From: Actinomycetota bacterium
GTDB lineage: Bacteria; Actinomycetota; Acidimicrobiia; Acidimicrobiales; Iamiaceae
DNA length: 32,657 nucleotides
Reading direction: 5' to 3'
Assembly: GCA_040255725.1 (NCBI GenBank)
Contig: JBDZVK010000004.1
Coordinates: forward strand, 1 to 32,657
Below are positions 25,271-32,657 of this stretch, in pieces. The stretch's first letter is position 1. The number at the start of each line of letters is the position of its first letter. The notes beneath the pieces are model-generated. The model ran no database searches and was not told the origin of the DNA. It saw only the letters and a program-made list of their open reading frames with translations. Both the position numbers and the translations under genes were made by a program.

Positions 25271-26308
25271 TCACAGCAGGGCCTCGATACCGCTGCTCCC
25301 GTCGCGCCAGGTGAGTGTAACGGGGTCCTCTGAACGAAGAGCAAGGCCCCACAGGGCCACCTCCGCGCCCTCCTGGAGGCCATCCCCAAGGTCAGCGGGA
25401 ACATCGGTGACGGTCGCGACACCACCAACTGTCCCAACGTCAACGTGCACCTGAACAGCACTGCGGCCGCCAGCAGCGAAGATGACCGGGAGAGTTACCT
25501 CGCCCCGAATCGACTCGCCCCACCCGAGGCGCTCCACTTCACCTCCAGCGAGCGCCTTCCACGCCGGGTCGCAGCGGCCGACGAACCGGCAGGTGCCGCA
25601 GGCCTCCACGGACGGAGTAGCGGGTTGCTCCCCCGGAGCCAGGTCGTTGTACGCGAGCAGGGCATCGAACGCTTCCTCGATGAGCGGCCGTCGTACCGGA
25701 TCGGACACGTCCACTTCAATCAGCCCATTGCGGAGCGAAAACAATGCGGCGTCGTTGACCTCGACTCCCTGCTCTGTGCTTACCAACCACGCATACAGGG
25801 CGAGCTGGCGAGCATACTGGGTCGATGCCGTACCTTCATCGAGTACGACGCCCGTCTTGTGGTCGATGACCGTCGGCCGCTCTCCAAGGACAAGGAGATC
25901 AACAACACCTGCAATCCTTCCATCCGGGCTCGTCAGACGGTGCTCGGTGAGCACTGAGGCGGGGTCTCGACCATCGACGTAAGCGCGCAGCTCCGGCAGA
26001 CGACGCCGCAGCCTCAGTAGGGAGCGCCGAGCGCTCGGTGCCGCGCGGGGGTCGCCATCTCGGGCGGCCAATTCATCACAGGCCTGTTCCCACGCGTCTT
26101 CGAGTTCCGCCGGTGGGTCGCCGAAGCACAGCTCAATCGTCCGATGGATGGCGGTTCCGAGCAAGGCCCATGGAGAGGGACGCGGGCGCTGGCCTCCAGC
26201 GTGAGTTCCTGCCTGCTCGAAGGCGACTCGCAGCGGGCAGCCGAGGAGACGGCTGAGGAGCGAGGGGGACGCGACCTCGATTGGTCTCGACGCCGGAAGC
26301 GGAGGCAT
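25271..26308 (-). CDS. PD-(D/E)xK nuclease with Cas4/AddB-type four-cysteine cluster
   Basis: The catalytic region is GVVDLLVL...VIDHKTG (D...D-x-K), and QLALYAWL gives the QxxxY motif. The cysteine pattern is one N-terminal Cys (LLGCPLR) plus C-terminal CGTCRFVGRC (Cx2Cx5C). The ATG lies 3 nt after the helicase stop. Confidence 0.75.
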   Translation of the reverse strand: MPPLPASRPIEVASPSLLSRLLGCPLRVAFEQAGTHAGGQRPRPSPWALLGTAIHRTIELCFGDPPAELEDAWEQACDELAARDGDPRAAPSARRSLLRLRRRLPELRAYVDGRDPASVLTEHRLTSPDGRIAGVVDLLVLGERPTVIDHKTGVVLDEGTASTQYARQLALYAWLVSTEQGVEVNDAALFSLRNGLIEVDVSDPVRRPLIEEAFDALLAYNDLAPGEQPATPSVEACGTCRFVGRCDPAWKALAGGEVERLGWGESIRGEVTLPVIFAAGGRSAVQVHVDVGTVGGVATVTDVPADLGDGLQEGAEVALWGLALRSEDPVTLTWRDGSSGIEALL

Positions 26309-26311
26309 CCG

Positions 26312-29300
26312 TCAGCCCGATCGAGCGATGACCCAGCCTGGGCGGCGCTGAAGGTCGAAGGAGCTTACGAATCGGATTGGCCGCCCAGCCCCGCGATCTT
26401 CGGCCTCGATGAGCGCTCGATCCATGCGATCCGTGAGGTGGAGAGCTTCCGGGTCGGAGCCATCGACTGGAGCCTCGAAAGGATGCCGAACGACGACGAG
26501 GCCATCGTCGCCATCAATGGCCCATGCACCGCCGTCCAATCTGATGGCATCGCCGTAGAAGTCTTCGGCGAACGCCTCAGCGAGTATGCGCTCATCGTCG
26601 GCCCATCGGTTGGTGTCTAGCGGCCGGTCGAGGATGAGGTCGAGGAGGTCGCGGCCGAGCCGCCAGTCCAGGAGAGGATGAAAGACGAGGTTCGTGAAGT
26701 CACGCAAGCAGTCTGGACAGGAGGAGTCACACTCATCGTGCGGTGGCTTCGCCAGGTCCAATGCGAACCGGTCGGCTCCCTTGAGTAGCGCTTCGAGCTG
26801 GTCTGGAACCCCCAGGCGCGTGCAGTACCCGGCTCCGTTCTCGAGCGCATCAGCGAGGAACACCTCGACGTGGGTCTGGTCGTCGAGGTGTCGGACCGAG
26901 TAGCCCACGGTGAGTTCAGCCGTTCCGATATCGAGCTGACGAGTCGCCTCCGCTCGGAGGAGAAATCCCAGCGAGTACCAGGCACCGCGGCGGCCCGGAT
27001 CGTAAGGTCGAAGGTCCAAGCCCGGGACCGTTCCGGAGCGACCGACGAGCAAGGCGTCGGTCTGCTTGACCATCCCGATCGCCCCTTCCCATTGCTGGTC
27101 CAATTGCAACTCGCTCCCGACGATCCATGGATAAAGCCGCTTTCGCGCGTCTTGGTCTTTCCATAGATCGACCGAGAGCCACGAGTCTCGGGCGCTGTCG
27201 GGGGCGAACCGATAGAGGCGGCCGCCGTTGTCATTCACGATGAAGATGTCTCCCCGGCCGCTGAAGGCTCGTGCGCTACCGGCATCGACAGAGCGCATGC
27301 TCTCCAAGTCCGGAGCGATGCGAGGTGTGGTGGCCCGGGAGCTTCGCGTGAAGGCGCCCTCGAAGTCCTCGGAGCGGAAGGCAGACCGGAATCCCGTGGG
27401 TTCAGCGAGCGAGAACCCTCCGAACTCCGGTGCCGCAGCAGAGCACTCGTCGCAAGCGACTGGTACCACGCCGTCTCGACGGCGGGCCGTTCCGCACCGC
27501 CGGCAGAGCGTGATCTCCAGCGATCTGCTCAATGGGTCATCCGCGACGACACGTGACCCCGCCGGTCGGTACGCGGCCAAGCCGACGGCCGTGTGGACTT
27601 GCTTGTCTCGGACGGTCTCCGAACTCGGTGCGAAGTCGATCACGGCGAGCTCCAGTTGGCGGTCGACGGTGCCTCCCGGGGGCCACGGGTATGGGCGCTT
27701 CGGATGGCGCAAGAACATGTCGCGCACTCGCGTTGGGAATCCAAACATGGGCAGGACTCCGCGCTCAGCGAGGTGCTGGCTCAGCTCATCGTGAGTACTC
27801 GCGACGGCGATGGCGGCATCGACATCGGCAACGATCGAATCGGGACCCGCGGCGGTGGCCCAGTTGAGCAGGTCTGAACGATCGGCGACGAGGTCTTGAC
27901 GTGCCCGTTTCAGCAGCGCGTCGAGGAGTCGCTCGGTCCCTCCCGCTCCTGCTGCGACCAGGCGGGCGATATCAGATTTGACCGCCGGCCAAGAATTGAT
28001 CGTCCCGAACTCTCCGTGCACCGACTGGCCAAGATCGAAGTCAGGTCGCTCGCCCTTGAGTGCTCGGAATGCATCACGGAGCACGGCAGCAGCGAGCGAC
28101 CGTCGGAGGATCTCCTTGCGGCTGAGATCAATGTAGGGGGAAGGCGGCGGATCGTTCGTGATGCGATCGGGGTGGTGGAAGTAGTACTCGTCGTGGGTGC
28201 GGTCGCGGCACACCGTTAGGGCGAACGAGAACGGATCGCGTCGCCGACCCGCGCGTCCGACCCGCTGCTGATAATTGAAGCGCATCGGTGGCATGTTCGA
28301 CATGACGACTGCACGGAGCGAACCGATGTCGACGCCCGCCTCCATGGTGGTGGTGACGCTGAGTAGGTCAACGCCATCGACCAGCTCGCTCTCATCGTCG
28401 ATGAAGATGTCCTGGAACCGGGCCTGTCGACGTGTAGCGTCCTCGTCGTCGGTCTGCCCGGTGAGTTCCTCCGCGTGGAGCCTGAAGCCGCCGTCGCCGA
28501 GGTTTGCTTGATAAGCGTAGTAGTCGTCTTCAGGTCGCCGGGCTTCAATGGGGGTATCGCTGAGAGGGGTAGTGCACGACGTGCAAACGCCGGCAGCCCG
28601 GTCGAGGTGGCGGCGAGCGCAGCTCGGGCACTCCCAATGCGAGTCCCCAGGAGGGCCGAGGCGGAGGAGGGCGGGTTGCACGACGTGGAATAAGACAGCG
28701 GAACCCCATGCGGACTGGACGGCAGCACCAAGACCGTCAGCGGGGACGTCATGGAGTTCAGCCACCTTTTTCCAGTAGCGGCGAACGTTCGCTGGGGGCG
28801 AGTCGGTCTCGTTCTTCACCCCCTGCAGTCGACGATCGTCACCAAGGATGCGGACGCTGGAGCGCACCACCTCGGCGAAGGTCGCCTCGTCCATACCAGC
28901 CGGGGCGGTTCCCAGGTCAACGACGATCGTGGGCTTGGCGAGAGCGAGGCTCTCCAAGTCACGGCCATTCCCCGAGAAGACGTTGAGTAGGCACTCGCGG
29001 AGCAACGCCTGATCGATGCGGCGGCGAAGTCTGTCGTGCTGAGGCGTTGGCTGGTCAGTTTTGCGGCGGGGTCGGGCACCCGAGGGCCACTCGTACAACT
29101 CGTCCCACCGAACACCGTCCTCTTCCCGCGGAGGTTCTCGATTCGCAGAGGGATCCGGCCCTGCTGGCGAGACCCCAAGGGCCACGAGCCTCATCTCGAT
29201 GGCCATCGCCAGCTCGGACACGGTCCGGCCCTGCTGCAACGACGTTGCGACATCCACGACGCGATCGCGCGCTCCTGGCTCGTCATCCCTCACTGCGTTG

Positions 29301-31708
29301 AGCGCGGCGTGGAGATCGGGGAACCGCGCCTGGATGTCCATCCATGCCGCTCGTGCACCGTCCGAACGATCGCCATCGGCCCACGCCAGTGCCCCATCGA
29401 CATCGACACCCGATCCAGTCACGAGTTCCTCCGCAAGGAGTTCACGTATCAGGTCCTGGTAGTGGCGCTTCTCTAGTCCGGCCGACAGCTTCGCGGCGTC
29501 CTGCCTGCTGTCAGAGAAGAGTACGAGACGTCGAGCCTGCTCCCCAGCCACCCGAAGCTCTCGGACCAGGCTGTCAACCAGGACCTGGGCGAGCTTCTCA
29601 TAACCCGTACCCATGGTCCGAATTGATGACCGGGTTCGGCTTCTGTCGTAGACCGGGCGTTGCTTGAAGATCTCCCAGTCCGTTCCGCACTGGGGACAGA
29701 AGATCGGCAGGGGTGGGATGCGGTCGATCTGGGACTCGTCGACGCCGTTGTCGGATACCTCGAACGTCCATCCGGTCTGCCCCTGCCTCGTAACGTTGAT
29801 CCGCCCACTCAAGTGGTCGAAGGTCGCCGGACGGAACTCGAAGGTGTACCCGCCGCGCTTCCACGATCGCTTGGCAGCGAGATCGTCGTCATCTACCGGA
29901 CGGGGCCAGTAGATCGTGAAGTCACGACAGGTCTCGCGCTCTCTGACTTGGTCCGGGAGGCTGTCGAGGTCACCTAGCTCCGCTACCAGGTACCGATCGG
30001 CGTCGTGGAGGCGTTCACCAGGTTGAAGCGACGGAGCGAGGAAGCCGCCTAGGAACAGGTCACCGCAGGTCTGGCAGTACATGAGCCGGAGCACGCGAGC
30101 GCCGCACTCACAGCGGTGGCGTGGCTTGGACCACAGCTTCCCGACAGTACGGTCTGGGTCTCGGAACCTGTCGTCGACCTGAGGGCACTCAGGGTCGCTG
30201 CAGGCCCAGACGCCATCGATGTTGCGGAAGAACAGGTGCGTGCGAATCCGCGGTGGCGCGCTCGTGGCGTCTTCACTCGACGCCGAGATGGAGCGCAGGA
30301 GGCCACGCATCGGCAGCGATACCATCTCACCGGCCTCTCCCTGTCCGGTTGGGAACAAGCGGTCATCGAGATCGGTGAGGGTCAAGGACCTTCCACCAGC
30401 GGCTGCTGCCAGGACATCTTCTGCACGAGCCTCGCTCAGGAGTCTTGCCGCGTCCTCTGACGTCACGGACTCCGCGGCCGCGAGGTCAACGAAGCGCTCC
30501 TCGAACTCGGAGAGGTCAGCGTCCTCAGGGACAGCCAGCGGGCGAAGCTCGCCCTCGTGGATGTCGAAACTCTCTGGCGATGCTCCGAAGAAGTCGGAGA
30601 GAAACTTCTTGCCGATCTCCTGATCACCCAGTGATGCCGAGGTGGCGATGAACCTGACCTGAGGGGAGTCGGGCTCAAGGCCAAGCAAGTGCAGGAGTTG
30701 CCGGAGGAGGTAGGCGACCTCAGTACCCGAAGTTCCCCGGTACATGTGGAGCTCATCGACGACGACGTGGAAAACGTGGCTCTCGTCCGTTTCGAGCCAA
30801 GTCCGTGTTCGCTCGATCAGTCCAGAGTCGACAGATCGCAGGAGCGCTATGTTCAGCATCGAGTAGTTCGTGATGAGGACATCTGGCGGATGGGCCTGCA
30901 TGTCCCATCGGCTCCTCATCTCCGATCCGTCGAGGCGTGGGACGTGGTACCGGCGATCGTCGCCGTCAACCCGCCTCGACCGTCGCTCGACCTCGTTGAG
31001 GTGACGGCGTAGTCGCTGGAGGGCGTTCGAGTTTTGGGGCCGGCCAGGCACCGGGGTCTTTCCGGTGTAGCGGCCGAAGTAGAAGCGATGTCCGCCGCGA
31101 TGCAAGTCAAGGCACTCCCTTGCTTGCGGGCTGTCGAGCGCGCGTCGTAGGCGCACGAGTTGGTCCTCCACAAGCGCGTTCATCGGGTAGAGGATCAGCG
31201 CCCGAATGCCGGGTAGCCGGCCGGTCTCTGCGCTTCGTTGTGCGGACCACCGTCCCTTGGCTTCCCGCCACCAACTGGAGCCGACGGGCGAACCTCCCTT
31301 CCACGTCGTCGACTCCTCCAATAACGCGGCCACGATCGGGAGAAGGAAGGACTCGGTCTTGCCTGAGCCCGTCCCGGCCGTCACTGCGGTGTTCCGACCC
31401 GCCCGCACGCTCGCCAGGGCGTCGATCTGATGGACGAATACGTCGTCGAAGTCGATTAGGCCGCACTTCGCGAAGCCGAGGAGTTCATCGGGCGCCCCCG
31501 CTCGTCGGAAAGCGTCTTCGCTTCCGAGGCCGGTCAGGGCATAGGCGCGCAGGACCTCGACCCAGGGCTGCTGCCAGGCGCCACCCACCCGGTCGAGGAG
31601 CGCTCGACGCTCCTGCATCACTCCACCCAGTCGGAGCCGATAGGGAGTGTCATAGTAGCGAAAGAGGTCCTCCCGGAGGCGGGTGAACGACGAGGCTGGA
31701 CTTGCCAT
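26312..31708 (-). CDS. 1798-aa DEAH-box helicase with C-terminal DUF1998/MZB domain and multiple zinc ribbons (DruE-like or DrmA+DrmB fusion-like)
   Basis: Helicase motifs: Walker A GTGSGKT (aa 112-118), YPMNALVEDQ, DELH (318-321), ATSASLG, FSDSRQDAA (731-739), TTMEAGVDIG and QRVGRAGRR (1148-1156). CxxC pairs lie at aa 503-548, 1027-1045 and 1402-1422. The C-terminus has NGAGYC...CDSSCPDC...LDWRLGRD (about aa 1624-1686). Confidence 0.9.
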   Translation of the reverse strand: MASPASSFTRLREDLFRYYDTPYRLRLGGVMQERRALLDRVGGAWQQPWVEVLRAYALTGLGSEDAFRRAGAPDELLGFAKCGLIDFDDVFVHQIDALASVRAGRNTAVTAGTGSGKTESFLLPIVAALLEESTTWKGGSPVGSSWWREAKGRWSAQRSAETGRLPGIRALILYPMNALVEDQLVRLRRALDSPQARECLDLHRGGHRFYFGRYTGKTPVPGRPQNSNALQRLRRHLNEVERRSRRVDGDDRRYHVPRLDGSEMRSRWDMQAHPPDVLITNYSMLNIALLRSVDSGLIERTRTWLETDESHVFHVVVDELHMYRGTSGTEVAYLLRQLLHLLGLEPDSPQVRFIATSASLGDQEIGKKFLSDFFGASPESFDIHEGELRPLAVPEDADLSEFEERFVDLAAAESVTSEDAARLLSEARAEDVLAAAAGGRSLTLTDLDDRLFPTGQGEAGEMVSLPMRGLLRSISASSEDATSAPPRIRTHLFFRNIDGVWACSDPECPQVDDRFRDPDRTVGKLWSKPRHRCECGARVLRLMYCQTCGDLFLGGFLAPSLQPGERLHDADRYLVAELGDLDSLPDQVRERETCRDFTIYWPRPVDDDDLAAKRSWKRGGYTFEFRPATFDHLSGRINVTRQGQTGWTFEVSDNGVDESQIDRIPPLPIFCPQCGTDWEIFKQRPVYDRSRTRSSIRTMGTGYEKLAQVLVDSLVRELRVAGEQARRLVLFSDSRQDAAKLSAGLEKRHYQDLIRELLAEELVTGSGVDVDGALAWADGDRSDGARAAWMDIQARFPDLHAALNAVRDDEPGARDRVVDVATSLQQGRTVSELAMAIEMRLVALGVSPAGPDPSANREPPREEDGVRWDELYEWPSGARPRRKTDQPTPQHDRLRRRIDQALLRECLLNVFSGNGRDLESLALAKPTIVVDLGTAPAGMDEATFAEVVRSSVRILGDDRRLQGVKNETDSPPANVRRYWKKVAELHDVPADGLGAAVQSAWGSAVLFHVVQPALLRLGPPGDSHWECPSCARRHLDRAAGVCTSCTTPLSDTPIEARRPEDDYYAYQANLGDGGFRLHAEELTGQTDDEDATRRQARFQDIFIDDESELVDGVDLLSVTTTMEAGVDIGSLRAVVMSNMPPMRFNYQQRVGRAGRRRDPFSFALTVCRDRTHDEYYFHHPDRITNDPPPSPYIDLSRKEILRRSLAAAVLRDAFRALKGERPDFDLGQSVHGEFGTINSWPAVKSDIARLVAAGAGGTERLLDALLKRARQDLVADRSDLLNWATAAGPDSIVADVDAAIAVASTHDELSQHLAERGVLPMFGFPTRVRDMFLRHPKRPYPWPPGGTVDRQLELAVIDFAPSSETVRDKQVHTAVGLAAYRPAGSRVVADDPLSRSLEITLCRRCGTARRRDGVVPVACDECSAAAPEFGGFSLAEPTGFRSAFRSEDFEGAFTRSSRATTPRIAPDLESMRSVDAGSARAFSGRGDIFIVNDNGGRLYRFAPDSARDSWLSVDLWKDQDARKRLYPWIVGSELQLDQQWEGAIGMVKQTDALLVGRSGTVPGLDLRPYDPGRRGAWYSLGFLLRAEATRQLDIGTAELTVGYSVRHLDDQTHVEVFLADALENGAGYCTRLGVPDQLEALLKGADRFALDLAKPPHDECDSSCPDCLRDFTNLVFHPLLDWRLGRDLLDLILDRPLDTNRWADDERILAEAFAEDFYGDAIRLDGGAWAIDGDDGLVVVRHPFEAPVDGSDPEALHLTDRMDRALIEAEDRGAGRPIRFVSSFDLQRRPGWVIARSG

Positions 31709-31720
31709 AGTGCGATCCTC

Positions 31721-32629
31721 TCAGGTGGTGGCCACGTGCTGGAGCAATGCCACGCCGATTCGGTTGGCGAGAAGGCGAGGGACGTTGTGGTACCTCCTCC
31801 ACCCTCCTACGCGCTCCGGAGCCAACCCCGATGACACCGTTGCTGCTCGCTCCACGATGACAGGCAGGGACAGCTCTCGTCGGACCTCGAAGCACGGTGG
31901 ATTGCTCGCGCTGCCCGCGTCCCAGCGAAGTACTGGCTCGGCCCGAGACTTCAACGCGAGAAACTGTCCCGCGGGCAAGTCTGTAGCCCACCAGGAGCCG
32001 AACTCATCGAGACGCCGGTGTACGGGCCGACCATGCAGGTCGATCCGGTAGAGCCCCGGTCGACGTTCGTGAGCGGCGTCCCACTTCAAGGTGGCGGCGT
32101 CGAAACGGAGCGCGTCCTCAAGGGACGGCTCGGGTGCTGTCTCGACGGGCTCCTCGTCCACAGGTATGAGCGCGTCGACAAGACGGGCCGCCGGATCGAC
32201 GACAAGCGTCGCGCCGAGCCTCTCGGCGACCCGTCGAGCCACATCGACCGACGCGCACTTGGCGTACCGAGCGGCCGGCAACGGCGGCTGCTCGGTATCG
32301 AACGGGTAGACGTCCTGATCGTTGGTCGCCTCGTCAAAGCGCCGATCGAGATAGTGGGGGCGGCTCCCCGTCAAGACGACGCAAAGGCCAAGTCCAGGGA
32401 CGAGGTTCAAGGCGGGGGGAGCGATGCTCCATGCTCGCGTCTTCCAGTCCACGTCGAGATGACCGAGTGTTGCGAGATCGGACGCGAGTGTCCAGGGCCT
32501 CCTGCGCAGTGAGTGCTTCTGAGCGACGTACGCGCACGCGTCTCGAAGTCGTTCCCACGATCCCGCCCCAGCCTCACTCGCCCAGCGAAGCAGCTCGTCA
32601 CCCGCTGTCTCTGGAGTGTCGCTTGTCAT
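31721..32629 (-). CDS. Hypothetical 302-aa protein, first gene of the giant-helicase operon
   Basis: The ORF has protein-like composition. Its stop lies 12 nt before the helicase ATG, with GAGGA in the gap. I recognise no family motif. Confidence 0.6.
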   Translation of the reverse strand: MTSDTPETAGDELLRWASEAGAGSWERLRDACAYVAQKHSLRRRPWTLASDLATLGHLDVDWKTRAWSIAPPALNLVPGLGLCVVLTGSRPHYLDRRFDEATNDQDVYPFDTEQPPLPAARYAKCASVDVARRVAERLGATLVVDPAARLVDALIPVDEEPVETAPEPSLEDALRFDAATLKWDAAHERRPGLYRIDLHGRPVHRRLDEFGSWWATDLPAGQFLALKSRAEPVLRWDAGSASNPPCFEVRRELSLPVIVERAATVSSGLAPERVGGWRRYHNVPRLLANRIGVALLQHVATT

Positions 32630-32657
32630 GTAGGGGCCCCTGCGGCAGAGCGGTAGC

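Overview
High-G+C, actinobacterial-type chromosome segment; no rRNA, tRNA or CRISPR array recognised by eye. Positions 1-8.8 kb hold ordinary backbone genes: a cupin fragment, an esterase lipoprotein, a TetR regulator with a palindromic operator, an LLM/F420-type oxidoreductase, a Gly-rich secreted protein and vapBC. Mixed in are decay products (a frameshifted, internally deleted Zn-ADH and a ParE-like remnant) and a translationally coupled GTPase + 115-aa gene pair. From about 8.9 kb to the window end lies a visibly lower-G+C mosaic defence island. It contains, in order: (1) DUF3800 and Fic genes. (2) A four-region (group 1/2-type) sigma-70 gene apparently co-transcribed with a MrfA/YprA-like DEAH+DUF1998 helicase. 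(3) An AT-rich HEPN-motif gene split by an IS5-family IS with 23-bp inverted repeats. (4) An ABC-three-component (ABC-3C) system: Cap4/DUF4297-type nuclease effector, middle component, and coiled-coil ABC ATPase with a 4-Cys hook. (5) A 5'-truncated DUF499/BrxC-like gene whose stop overlaps the ABC-3C effector start. (6) A C5 DNA methyltransferase convergent on an operon of a 302-aa unknown, a 1798-aa DEAH+DUF1998 helicase and a Cas4-like nuclease; this is Druantia/DISARM-like but fits no subtype I know. The best candidates for undescribed biology are the giant-helicase operon (24.1-32.6 kb), the sigma-helicase pair with or without the HEPN gene (11.4-17.9 kb), the ABC-3C locus with its DUF499 remnant (18.1-24.0 kb) and the GTPase pair (2.2-3.8 kb). 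All family calls come from motifs read by eye; no database search was run.
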